Source of the DNA: Candidatus Obscuribacteraceae bacterium
GTDB taxonomy: Bacteria; Cyanobacteriota; Vampirovibrionia; Obscuribacterales; Obscuribacteraceae
Length of the DNA stretch: 64,000 nucleotides
Direction of reading: 5' to 3'
Assembly: GCA_044226015.1 (NCBI GenBank)
Contig: JBGAHS010000001.1
Location: 416,001-480,000 of the forward strand
Shown here: positions 37,798 through 46,988 of the stretch, piece after piece
Numbering within the stretch: position 1 is the first letter of the stretch
Layout: each line of letters starts with the position of its first letter
Position numbers and translations under genes: made by a program
Notes under the pieces: model-generated
What the model was told of the DNA's origin: nothing
The model's database searches: none
The model's input: only the letters and a program-made list of their open reading frames with translations

Positions 37798-38898
37798 TTG
37801 GCGCTTCCGGGCAGAAATTTAGTCGTTAAAATGAGCTCAAAGTCTGTCACGACAGGCTTTATGGCTGCCACATCTATTCTCGTCATTTTGTTGGCGGGAA
37901 TGTTTGGGCTAGGGCAAGGGCAGAGCGCGCTAGCAAGAGAAATTGAGACAGGTATTACTGACAACTTGAGCGCTGAACTGGGGTTTCCAGTGTACACCTG
38001 GTCGCCTCTCGATACTGCACCACAGGCGGTGGTAGTTGCAATTCATGGTGCTACTCTTCACGGGCGTTCTTACACAACTATTGCTAAACAACTGTCCAAA
38101 AAAGGTTATGTGGTGCTAGCGCCTGATATGCGCGGTTATGGTGCCTGGTACCACAACAGTGAAAAAGATGATGAGCTGGCAAAACACGTTCTCTTCAAAC
38201 AAACAGAATCGGATATTCTTAGCCTACTAAAGAAGGCACATCAGCTTTATCCTGGCAAGCCAGTTTTTGTGATGGGCGAAAGCGTGGGTGCAAATATGGC
38301 GATTAAACTGCTTGCGGATCAAGCAGACTGCGCCGATGGCATCATTCTCTCTTCTCCCGCAATTAAGCAGCGATATTTCTTTGGACCAACAGTGATGAAA
38401 CAACTTCTCACTGTGTTTTTATGGCATCCAAGCGCGCAGTTGGATATCACTCCATTTTTGCGTTCGCGCGTTTCAGATGATGACCGAATCACTGACGAAC
38501 GTGTTAATGACCCGCTTGGGCGCACCAAATTGAACGCTGGAGAGCTATTTAAGACTCGTTGGTTTAACAAGGATTCACTCAGGCTTGTGCCTATGTTGCC
38601 TGAAAAGCTAAGTGTGCTCGTCATTGAGGGCAGTGATGACAGACTGTTCCGCGCTGATTTGATTGAGCAAGATTTGATGGCTCAGATGCCTTGTTCTGAT
38701 AAAACGCTGTATTTGCTGAAAGGCAAGGGACACATCCACCTGGAGACCCAATACTTAAAGGAAGAAGTTGAGAAGAAAGTTGCAGAATGGTTGGCCGAGA
38801 AAACTTCAAAGTATGGGCAAAAACCAAATGGAACAGCGGTCTCGTCTATAGCACCAGGCACAAACGCCTCCGCAGATTCGGTTTCATCCAAAAACTAA
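37798..38898 (+). CDS. Exported alpha/beta hydrolase (lysophospholipase-like), paralog of 34314
   Basis: IHGAT, DMRGYG, PGKPVFVMGESVG, EGSDD, KGHI; start may be ATG 37831. Confidence 0.85.
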   Translation: MALPGRNLVVKMSSKSVTTGFMAATSILVILLAGMFGLGQGQSALAREIETGITDNLSAELGFPVYTWSPLDTAPQAVVVAIHGATLHGRSYTTIAKQLSKKGYVVLAPDMRGYGAWYHNSEKDDELAKHVLFKQTESDILSLLKKAHQLYPGKPVFVMGESVGANMAIKLLADQADCADGIILSSPAIKQRYFFGPTVMKQLLTVFLWHPSAQLDITPFLRSRVSDDDRITDERVNDPLGRTKLNAGELFKTRWFNKDSLRLVPMLPEKLSVLVIEGSDDRLFRADLIEQDLMAQMPCSDKTLYLLKGKGHIHLETQYLKEEVEKKVAEWLAEKTSKYGQKPNGTAVSSIAPGTNASADSVSSKN

Positions 38899-38991
38899 GC
38901 TCAGAGCGTGATGCTTTTAATCTGGAATTGGGCATAACGATCAGGGATTTTTCCTGTGTTCGGTCAGTCCACAGAGTGTTAAAGTGTTGGC

Positions 38992-41310
38992 ATGGACAAC
39001 TTTGTGATGGGAGCAGAAGCTGAGGGACTTGGAGCTAAATCCTCCAGCGATCCATTAATTGGCAAAACCATCGCTGCTAAATATCAGATACTATCTTTGC
39101 TTGGCGAAGGTGGCATGAGCGCCGTTTATAAAGCTCGCCAACTTCCAATCAACAAAATCGTAGCAGTGAAAGTTTTGCTCGCTCATTTATCTAACGATGA
39201 TAACAGCAAGCATCGTTTCATTCGAGAAGCGAAAGCTGCTGGTCAGTTTTCGCATCCAAACGTCGTTTCCGTTTTTGATTTTGGTTTTGAAAACAAATAT
39301 CCATTCCTGGTAATGGACTATTTGGAAGGAAAAAACCTTGATGAAATATTGAGAGAGCGCGGTTTCTTGCCGTATGAAGAAGCCCTACCATTGTTTGGTC
39401 AGATTTGTGATGGGCTGAGTGCTGCGCACAAGAATGGAGTCATACATCGCGATATAAAGCCAAGCAATATTGTTATTCAAAATGAGTCGAACGGTGAAAC
39501 CAGAGTGCGAATCGTTGATTTTGGCATTGCAAAAATGGTCGATGCTGAATCGCAGCATCTCACGAAAACTGGCGAAATTTTTGGCAGCCCTTTATACATG
39601 AGTCCAGAGCAATGCGAGGGCGTGCAGCTTGATCAGCGTTCGGACATATACTCTCTTGGCGTTGTTTTCTATGAGACTTTGAGCGGAAAGCGTCCTTTTG
39701 TTGGACAGAGTGCTCTTGAAACTATGTGGCAGCATGTTGAGCAGATGCCAGCTTCGCTTCAAAAATTGACGAATGGTGCGCGAATTCCGCTTGCTCTAGA
39801 AAACATAGTTTTCAAAATGATGGCAAAAGATCGAGATAAGCGCTATGCGACTGTCGAAGCGCTGCGAAAAGACCTTGAGACATTTGCCGCTTGCGAAAGC
39901 ACAGCTCTGTCAGGCAATCTTTTATATGTAAGTCGTGAATTATCGCGAAAATCGAAAATAATTTTCGCCTGTGCTGCAACTCTCACTGTTGCTGCTGGAA
40001 TCGTATTATTTTCTTACAATCCTGTGCTTAGCTTTTTAGCCAACAGCGAATACGAACAAGGTAAGGCTGCTATTGGTGCCGGAAATCCAGATGCCGTTGC
40101 CCATTTGCAGAAGGCTGTGCAGTCCTACCGAGCTTGTGGTGAAAAGGGCAAAGAGACTAAGGCGCTTGCTCTGTTAATTGATGCCTGTAAAGGCAATTCA
40201 AATTACGACTCATTGCGCGAGAGTTCTCGCAAGCGTCGACAAGAACTGGTTATAGAAGTTCTGGAGAATTTTGACCTGGGTTCCGCTTCAATAGATTCAA
40301 CGTTAAGCCAACTTAGTGATTCTCACAAGCAACTCGCAATTGAGGAAGGTGCTCCTGAAGGCACAGCTTTAGCAACAAGTTCGACCAAGCGAGAACGCCG
40401 CGATTCTTCGCCTGCGTCAAAGCAAAAAAAAGGCATTCAGGCAGTTGTTAGTTCCTCTCCTTCCTCCCTTTCTGGAGAATTAGATGCAGGCGATGGAAAT
40501 GAGGGTGTGTCAGTTGGGAATGGATTCGGGGCTACATTCAATAGTTCGGCTGGCAAACTTCAGGGAGGTACAGGCGCTGGTTGTTCGCGAACACGGAATA
40601 AAATTTCCATGGCGCTGCCTTATGCTATGCCGATGCCCCATCTTGTTCGCCAGGACCCCGCTATAACCAACGGTCCGCCTGGTCACCCACCTTACCCTGT
40701 TGCGCCCAGGCGTTCACTGAAGTCTTATGGTGCGTTAGACAAGAATGTACCAATTGTTGCCGACGCGCGTACTGCTGGAAGTGGCGGCGGGTTCAGTGGA
40801 CCTGGTGCTTTGAAAGATCAAGCTTCCTATGGAGCTTCCATTTTATCTGGTGTAGAACTAAAGGTTGTGTCACCAAAACAGACCTTTGACCAGGGTATAG
40901 TTGATGACCTGAATGCTGTTCGAGTTGTTGCGCTCAGAAAGCACCTTTTTGGCAAGGTAATTGATGCTTCAAATCGCATCATCAAAGTATGCGAGCATGA
41001 TTCGTCTATGGCGAGCAGAGAGGAACAAGCATCTGCTTACACAGCAATCGCCTTTTCGCAACTTATGCTGGGTGATATGGAGAGTGTCAAGCTATCGCTT
41101 GAATCTGCTACCGAAAATGCCAGCTATTTGTCGTTTGAGAGTAAGTCTCGCCTGCAGATAAATGCTGAGATTACATGCGTTAGAGCCGCTGCTGCTGCCA
41201 AACGCGGATTGACTGCCCAAGCGCAGGATTTCATGGGGGACCTTTCCCCTGCTACTTTTGAAAGAAATGAACTAATTGATCAGGCGTCCACAGTCGTGAA
41301 TTCAAAGTAA
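38992..41310 (+). CDS. Hanks-type Ser/Thr protein kinase with TM helix and TPR-like C-terminus
   Basis: LGEGGMSAVY, VAVK, HRDIKPSN, DFG, GSPLYMSPEQ, SDIYSLG. Confidence 0.95.
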   Translation: MDNFVMGAEAEGLGAKSSSDPLIGKTIAAKYQILSLLGEGGMSAVYKARQLPINKIVAVKVLLAHLSNDDNSKHRFIREAKAAGQFSHPNVVSVFDFGFENKYPFLVMDYLEGKNLDEILRERGFLPYEEALPLFGQICDGLSAAHKNGVIHRDIKPSNIVIQNESNGETRVRIVDFGIAKMVDAESQHLTKTGEIFGSPLYMSPEQCEGVQLDQRSDIYSLGVVFYETLSGKRPFVGQSALETMWQHVEQMPASLQKLTNGARIPLALENIVFKMMAKDRDKRYATVEALRKDLETFAACESTALSGNLLYVSRELSRKSKIIFACAATLTVAAGIVLFSYNPVLSFLANSEYEQGKAAIGAGNPDAVAHLQKAVQSYRACGEKGKETKALALLIDACKGNSNYDSLRESSRKRRQELVIEVLENFDLGSASIDSTLSQLSDSHKQLAIEEGAPEGTALATSSTKRERRDSSPASKQKKGIQAVVSSSPSSLSGELDAGDGNEGVSVGNGFGATFNSSAGKLQGGTGAGCSRTRNKISMALPYAMPMPHLVRQDPAITNGPPGHPPYPVAPRRSLKSYGALDKNVPIVADARTAGSGGGFSGPGALKDQASYGASILSGVELKVVSPKQTFDQGIVDDLNAVRVVALRKHLFGKVIDASNRIIKVCEHDSSMASREEQASAYTAIAFSQLMLGDMESVKLSLESATENASYLSFESKSRLQINAEITCVRAAAAAKRGLTAQAQDFMGDLSPATFERNELIDQASTVVNSK

Positions 41311-41324
41311 TTGTCGCTGGAAAT

Positions 41325-41930
41325 TCACTTGGTTTTTTCAAGCATCTTGTTCGCTTTTTCCAGGTCTTCTGCGATTAATTTCTTCACTGCCAAAGTAGTC
41401 GTGAGTCCTGAGGCTGCAAGCAAAACAGTTTTGGCTTCTTGTGGTCGATTTGTTGCTATGTAAACTTCACTCAGGTTTGTCATAGCTAATACATAGCCTG
41501 GGTCAACACGCAATGCGTTTTTGCAAGCTATTTCTGCATCTAGAAATTTTTTCTGATGCATAAGAGCATCCGCCATATTGCTGTACGCAGCAGCAAAGTC
41601 TGGAGAAATTTTTACAGCCTTTCTGTATTGTTCAACTGCTTCATCAAAACGATGCAAATCAGAATAGGCATTCCCCAAGTTCGAAAATGTAACTGAATAA
41701 TATGGATAAACCTCTATTGCCTTTTTGTATAACTCGACGGCTTCTCTTGTCTTCCCGCTGTCCGCCAGGCTGATTCCCTTGAGGTTATACTCACAAGCTT
41801 TGCCGAATGCCTCTCGTTTTCCTCTTCCAGGAAACTTTTCTGATTCGAATGCGCTAGCACTTGAATCAGCCAGTATCGTTGCCACCATAGTTAATACCGC
41901 AACCAGTCGAAGAGACTGCTTCGATTGCAT
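41325..41930 (-). CDS. Exported TPR protein
   Basis: Signal peptide; canonical TPRs (NLGNAYSDLHRFDEAVEQYRKAVKISPDF). Confidence 0.9.
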   Translation of the reverse strand: MQSKQSLRLVAVLTMVATILADSSASAFESEKFPGRGKREAFGKACEYNLKGISLADSGKTREAVELYKKAIEVYPYYSVTFSNLGNAYSDLHRFDEAVEQYRKAVKISPDFAAAYSNMADALMHQKKFLDAEIACKNALRVDPGYVLAMTNLSEVYIATNRPQEAKTVLLAASGLTTTLAVKKLIAEDLEKANKMLEKTK

Positions 41931-41940
41931 TCTTGTTTCC

Positions 41941-43128
41941 TCAATTAGCTAGCTTCTTCATGCAATTTGCGTACGCATCCCTAATGCGGTTCAACTCCGC
42001 AGAGCCGGGCTCAAGCTGTTGCTCAATGGCTATTGCCTGTTTGTACGCCTCTGCTGCTTGGGAAATATCGTCCTCTTGCTCGTACAGCGATGCCAGTGAA
42101 ATTATTGCTTGCGCTACTTCGGGTCTGTAGGGATTTTTGTCCGTTTTCAATAAAGAGTCAACCAACTTTTTGTTGTACACTCTTTCGCTTTTAACACTCA
42201 GCAGGTAGAGGGGATGCTGCGGTTTGAATTTTACGCGAATGATTTTGGATGCCCTATCTAACAACCTTTTGGCTGAATCTAGTTTGTTCATCTCGCAATA
42301 AAGTCCGCCAGCATTCAATAGTATTTTTGCTAGCTCTTCGCTGTCACCGTTGGCACCGTCGAGCTTTTGCTGAGTGGCAACTGCTTTTGCAAAAAATTGT
42401 TCGGCATCTTTGTAGTTTTTGAGTTGACGAAGCGTGTTTGCATGATTTGATAAGGCGATAGCGTAATCGTGTGTGTTCTCCTTATGCAAAGACTGGTAGA
42501 TATCCAGTGCTTCCTTCTCCATTGTTTCCGCTGATTGCAAATCTCCTGTGCGGGCATAGGCCTGTGCCAGATTATCCAGGCTGTTGGCACTGCTTGAGCT
42601 TTTGAATCCAGGTATCTTCCGCTTCAGTTTCAGCCCTTCTTCCATTAAGGTTTTTGCTTTTTCGTATTTTTTCAAATACAAATATTGCTCACCCAATTTC
42701 AAGAAAGCCTCAGTCTTGTTTCCGTCTGCTTTTAGTCTCTCCGCCGCGCCTAATCCTAATTCTAATCGGTCGAATGATTCTTCTATTTTTCCATCGGCAT
42801 AAAGCTTTTGTGACTCAGCCAGGTATTCATGCCACTCTTTTTCGTTTTCTTTTTGCTCTGCGTCACTCGATGATTTTGAGGCGTCTCCAGATTTATGATC
42901 TACTGTGGAAACCTTTTTCTCGTTACTTTTTGGTTCTGATTTAGTCTTGGTGTCTACTTTCTCACTGCCTTTGCTTTGCTGACCCCTTTTATCAGAATCA
43001 GAACCATTTCTTTGCTGATTCGCTTCTGCTGCTTGTCCAGAGGCTGTCAGAGAAAAATGCAAGAACAGGCTGATGTTGACTAAGACAGTTATTGTGCGGA
43101 ACTTCATTGTAATCTCACGTCTAAGCAT
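41941..43128 (-). CDS. Exported TPR protein (42-aa kinesin-light-chain-type repeats)
   Basis: SLDNLAQAY...EALDI and ALSNHANTL...KAVA repeats; signal peptide. Confidence 0.88.
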   Translation of the reverse strand: MLRREITMKFRTITVLVNISLFLHFSLTASGQAAEANQQRNGSDSDKRGQQSKGSEKVDTKTKSEPKSNEKKVSTVDHKSGDASKSSSDAEQKENEKEWHEYLAESQKLYADGKIEESFDRLELGLGAAERLKADGNKTEAFLKLGEQYLYLKKYEKAKTLMEEGLKLKRKIPGFKSSSSANSLDNLAQAYARTGDLQSAETMEKEALDIYQSLHKENTHDYAIALSNHANTLRQLKNYKDAEQFFAKAVATQQKLDGANGDSEELAKILLNAGGLYCEMNKLDSAKRLLDRASKIIRVKFKPQHPLYLLSVKSERVYNKKLVDSLLKTDKNPYRPEVAQAIISLASLYEQEDDISQAAEAYKQAIAIEQQLEPGSAELNRIRDAYANCMKKLAN

Positions 43129-43373
43129 CTTAATTTTGACAGAAACCCGGCGGCTTTGAATGAACTATTAAGTAGAGCTCTGTAGACTATGTTTGACTGT
43201 TGAAGGGATGGCTGCAATTTTTACTCCTTGGCTACTTTAAGGAAAGAAAGGTTTATCCGGCGGAAATTCAACTGGCTCAAGAGGTTTTCTGAGAATTTGG
43301 GGGAATCTACGAAATCTGAGTTGAAGAGCTGAACACCCGGCCATATACTTGGCTAACTAGAAGAGGAAGATTA

Positions 43374-43967
43374 ATGAAACGGACTGCCATGGTAATGCTT
43401 GCGATTTCAGCAATTCTGCTGAGCGGTAACGCAGTCAATGCAGACGATAATTTACCCCCTGTCGCACCCCAAGTGCAGTCGTTAGATGCAGCAATCAACC
43501 AACTGCAGCAGGCTCAGTCTGCTCCAGTTACTGCGCTGTCTCCGGCTCAGGCTCCTTCTGAGCAGCCAGCGACTCCCATGAATGAGGCTGTAGCCACTCC
43601 AGCGCAAGCAGATGCTTCGCAAGCGCCCGAGACACAGTCCAAATTCTCCTCTCCAGTTGTTTTTGTTTATGAGTTTGGTGCCAGCTGGTGTCCAAGCTGC
43701 AGGAAGTTGGCTCCATTAGTTGAAGAAGCGGCTCAAAAATATGACGGTTTCGCTCAGTATATTCCAGTCAACGTTGATAAAAATCAGGAATTGGTAAAGC
43801 AGCTGAATATTGCTCAGATTCCTACTGTCATGGTTGTAGATAAGCGCGGTAGAATGCTGAATCGACTCGTCGGTTTCCAGCAAGGTGTCCAGCTTGAACA
43901 AATTCTGCAGCACTACAGAGCTCAAACAATTGCTTCGCTTTCCCGCAAGCAACAACAAGTTCATTAA
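43374..43967 (+). CDS. Exported thioredoxin-family protein
   Basis: Signal peptide, Ala/Pro/Gln linker, FGASWCPSC and IPT cis-Pro. Confidence 0.9.
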   Translation: MKRTAMVMLAISAILLSGNAVNADDNLPPVAPQVQSLDAAINQLQQAQSAPVTALSPAQAPSEQPATPMNEAVATPAQADASQAPETQSKFSSPVVFVYEFGASWCPSCRKLAPLVEEAAQKYDGFAQYIPVNVDKNQELVKQLNIAQIPTVMVVDKRGRMLNRLVGFQQGVQLEQILQHYRAQTIASLSRKQQQVH

Positions 43968-44652
43968 TTCAATATCCGTTCTACATATTTGTGGCGTACT
44001 GGTTTTCTGTGCAATCTCACAGCTGTGCCTTGTTGCAGCCAATTCCGCGGAATTGAAGCTAAGCACTGCTGCACCTCCTCGTGGCAAATCTGCTCGAATT
44101 GTTATTGATCGAAAATTACGGCACCTCACTGTCTCTGATGCTTCCGGCCAGAAACTTTATGATACCGATATTGGTATCGGCAGAGGTGGGCTGGGAAAAA
44201 AGAAAACCATGGAAGATTGCATCACTCCATCTGGAGTGTTCAAAGTAGACCTGGTGCTTTATAGACCACCACTGAATGCTATAGATCCCTCTCTTCTCAA
44301 ACGATATGACAGCGATTCTCGGGCGTCTGAGTACTTAAAAACAAGTGACGCTTTGCAAAAGCTTTTCAGTAATATGAACTCGATCGATTTTAATGGTGAT
44401 TCGAAGCCTGATACTGCATATGGTGTCGCCTATGTTGGGCTCACTTCACCGTCAGCAGTTACGGGGCCAAAACTCAGCAGTTTTAATGGTATTACTTACT
44501 GGTTTTCCATTGCATTGCACGGAACGTCAAATGAAAAACGTAATATTGGTTTTGCGAATTCTGGTGGCTGCTTGCAAATCCCAGAATCTGTTCTTAAACC
44601 AATGATAGAAAAGCGTATTTTGCGCATTGGAAGCGAAGTCATCATAAATTAG
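43885..44652 (+). CDS. L,D-transpeptidase (YkuD) family protein
   Basis: IVIDRKLRHL, IGIGR, TPSGVF, IALHGT...GFANSGGC. Start uncertain (in-frame TTG at 43930 possible). Confidence 0.8.
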   Translation: MSSLNKFCSTTELKQLLRFPASNNKFINSISVLHICGVLVFCAISQLCLVAANSAELKLSTAAPPRGKSARIVIDRKLRHLTVSDASGQKLYDTDIGIGRGGLGKKKTMEDCITPSGVFKVDLVLYRPPLNAIDPSLLKRYDSDSRASEYLKTSDALQKLFSNMNSIDFNGDSKPDTAYGVAYVGLTSPSAVTGPKLSSFNGITYWFSIALHGTSNEKRNIGFANSGGCLQIPESVLKPMIEKRILRIGSEVIIN

Positions 44653-44704
44653 CAATCGAATATCTGATCCAGCGCAGTGCGATTCGTTTCCGTATCGATG
44701 GCAG

Positions 44705-44740
44705 AAAAAGAGAGGAGCAAGCTTGCTTACTCCTCTTTCT
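44705..44740 (-). terminator. Intrinsic terminator after 44761..46416
   Basis: Minus strand AGAGGAGTAAG-CAAG-CTTGCTCCTCT followed by CTTTTT. Confidence 0.65.
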
Positions 44741-44760
44741 TAGGCATAAACAGTTCCTGC

Positions 44761-46416
44761 TTATGCTGGTGTAGATTCCTTAGCTGGCGCTTGCTTCAAA
44801 TTCTTGTCGTGAGCTATTTTTAGCCCAGATTGAACCGCGTTTATAAGCTGACTATCTTTACTTTGACTGGCTTTTCTGCCCATGAAGTGCAGGTCACCAT
44901 AACTTACACCGCTGTTTTCAGGTCCAAATTCGTCGTTAACGCTTTTTTCTGCGGCACGGTAGTTTTCGATCAAGAAGTTCACCGAATCTGCATCGGCAGG
45001 TGTCAGGTTGCCTTGCATCATTGCATTTTTGAGTTCGTTCATGCTCAATCTTCTGTTCCCGTCTTGGTCAATCATTTCGAATAGCTGGGGGTTTGCAAAT
45101 GAGTTGTTCAGCTTGTTCAGCTCATCTTGCAGTCTGGCAACATTCCTTTCTACTACTTCGAATTTAGCAAGGTCGAGGAGTGAAACACCTTTCTTTGCAC
45201 CAGACTGCTCGTCGCTTAGTTTGCTCAACTGTGGTTCTAGCGCACTCATTGTTGCTGCAAGTTCTCTTTCGCGATCAGTCAGGCTCTTATTTTGTTCTGC
45301 TAGACCCAGTTCTTGTTTATCAATGAAGCCATTGTGGTCCAGATCAAGTTTCGGAAATGCCATCATAGCTTCTCGTCCGAATTCTGCTGCTGTCATAGCT
45401 GCTTTCGGGCTTTCTTTAGTTGGTTCGGGATTTGGGGTTGGTTTAGGCGGCTCGACCGGTATAGGTCTGTCCAATTTTTCTTCAATTCTGCCGCTGAGAT
45501 CCTTCCTCATCGCATTGTGAATTGCAGCCATCGGTCCCTTCTCTGGTGCGAAATCGCCGTACACATCCAGTGCATCTGTTTTATGTTTAGCGTCATAGTC
45601 ATTCATAACCTGGTCACGCAAACGCAGTTTCTGCTCTTTGTCGAGCACCTGGAAATGCTCTCCAGTGTGCAGCTGCCGTCCGCCGTTCAGTTTCTTTGTA
45701 TCAGCTGCAAGATGAACCAAATCCGATTCATTCATCGAAGGGTACATGCGTTTGAGAACCTGGTAATATCCTTCACCTTTTTGCACTGCTGGGCTCATGC
45801 TAGCCGCATCAATGAGTTTGCTGGCGGCTGCTTCATAGTGTTGTCGTCCTAATTTTTCCGCGCCTTCTTTCAATTTTTCAGCCAGTTCAGATTTCGTCTT
45901 TTCGGAAGATTTGTCGATGGTGCCAGCTTGCTCGGTTGTTTTCTCAGAAGATTTTTCGGTGCTGCTATTCTTAGCTTCGCCTTCTTTTGACTTATCCGAA
46001 TCGTTCTTTGGACGGGTGTTTTCGTCGCGGCGATCGGGTCTGCTCTCCACCGGTTCAGTTGGTCTCGTTTGAGTAAGCACATGGTCTTTTCCATCATTGC
46101 CATGGAATACGATTTCAACAGGACGTAGCGGTCGTCCGGAATCGGCTTGCTCTTGAGTTTGATCCTCTATTCTTTTTTGACCTATTGCCGGAGTCTTTTC
46201 CGCTGCTCGTCTCGATTGCGTAAGTACATGGTCTTTGCCATCATTGCTATGGAATACAATTTCTGTCGGCTGAAGCTCTCTCGATGATGGCGCAGACTGG
46301 GCTTTCAGATCTTCGTTTCGGCAAGCCATTAGTTCGTCAAAGACCCCCTGGGAGACCGCAGAGTCACTATTGCGTCTACCGGTGCTTGTTTCGTTAAATT
46401 GATTATCTCTTTCCAT
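44761..46416 (-). CDS. Hypothetical protein with duplicated 24-aa motif, LysM-like segment and EF-hand motifs
   Basis: EIVFH[SG]NDGKDHVLTQ twice; VQKGEGYYQVLKRM...NGGRQLHTGEHF; EF loops DLDHNGFIDKQEL and DQDGNRRLSMNEL. Confidence 0.8.
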   Translation of the reverse strand: MERDNQFNETSTGRRNSDSAVSQGVFDELMACRNEDLKAQSAPSSRELQPTEIVFHSNDGKDHVLTQSRRAAEKTPAIGQKRIEDQTQEQADSGRPLRPVEIVFHGNDGKDHVLTQTRPTEPVESRPDRRDENTRPKNDSDKSKEGEAKNSSTEKSSEKTTEQAGTIDKSSEKTKSELAEKLKEGAEKLGRQHYEAAASKLIDAASMSPAVQKGEGYYQVLKRMYPSMNESDLVHLAADTKKLNGGRQLHTGEHFQVLDKEQKLRLRDQVMNDYDAKHKTDALDVYGDFAPEKGPMAAIHNAMRKDLSGRIEEKLDRPIPVEPPKPTPNPEPTKESPKAAMTAAEFGREAMMAFPKLDLDHNGFIDKQELGLAEQNKSLTDRERELAATMSALEPQLSKLSDEQSGAKKGVSLLDLAKFEVVERNVARLQDELNKLNNSFANPQLFEMIDQDGNRRLSMNELKNAMMQGNLTPADADSVNFLIENYRAAEKSVNDEFGPENSGVSYGDLHFMGRKASQSKDSQLINAVQSGLKIAHDKNLKQAPAKESTPA

Positions 46417-46614
46417 TTGCGGATTGCCTCACTGCTGCTCGATGCAGAAAAAATAACAGCGAGTTCTGAAAAGATTTTGAATTGACTTATTCGGAAACTA
46501 GGAAAGGCTTTCTAAGGTATTCGGTTTCATTAATCCCATTGTGGAATTCCCCAGTGACAAGTATATAAATCTGGTATATAACTTCGTATAGGTAACCCGA
46601 GCGGAGAATCTGAG

Positions 46615-46788
46615 ATGTCCGAACAGTATGACAAGGCGGTAGCGGAATCAATTTGGTGGTTGGTCAATAGAGTCTACGCTGAGCCAGCAAAAGCTGAACC
46701 GGAACAGCCCGTATGCAAGTTGAATGATTTCAATGAATGGGAAACGTATCAGATGATGCAAGCTGCTGATAGCGAAGACCACATCTAA
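46615..46788 (+). CDS. Small acidic protein (57 aa), below the ORF-track cutoff
   Basis: GGAG RBS, ATG 46615, MSEQYDKAVAESIWWLVNRVYAEPAKAEPEQPVCKLNDFNEWETYQMMQAADSEDHI, own terminator. Confidence 0.65.
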   Translation: MSEQYDKAVAESIWWLVNRVYAEPAKAEPEQPVCKLNDFNEWETYQMMQAADSEDHI

Positions 46789-46811
46789 CGGACAAGTTAC
46801 ACTGTTAAGCC

Positions 46812-46839
46812 AAGCCCGGACTCAGGTTCGGGCTTTTTT
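46812..46839 (+). terminator. Intrinsic terminator
   Basis: AAGCCCGGAC-TCAG-GTTCGGGCTT followed by TTTT. Confidence 0.8.
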
Positions 46840-46867
46840 GTTGAGCGGATACTGCTCTGTAAGTGTT

Positions 46868-46972
46868 GAGTGAATCATAGAGCGCCGCATTCTTGGCGGC
46901 ATTGGGATCTTACTCGCGGAGGAAATTGTCGAGTGAATCCGGGGGGCGCCGCCATCTTGGCGGCATCGGATC
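46868..46972. repeat. Two imperfect direct copies of a REP-like palindromic element
   Basis: GAGTGAATC...GCGCCGC(AT/CA)TCTTGGCGGCAT...GGATC at 46868 and 46931 (63-bp period). Confidence 0.65.
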
Positions 46973-46988
46973 CTGATTGGACCGTCAG

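Noticed and set aside
26638..46556. Identical 12-mer AATTCCCCAGTG upstream of two minus-strand genes (26638 and 46545)
   Set aside because: One shared 12-mer among several kb of intergenic DNA is expected by chance, and distances to the starts differ.
46578..46590. Exact loxP 13-bp arm ATAACTTCGTATA
   Set aside because: No inverted second arm after an 8-bp spacer and no recombinase nearby; better explained by the local GTATA repeats or chance.
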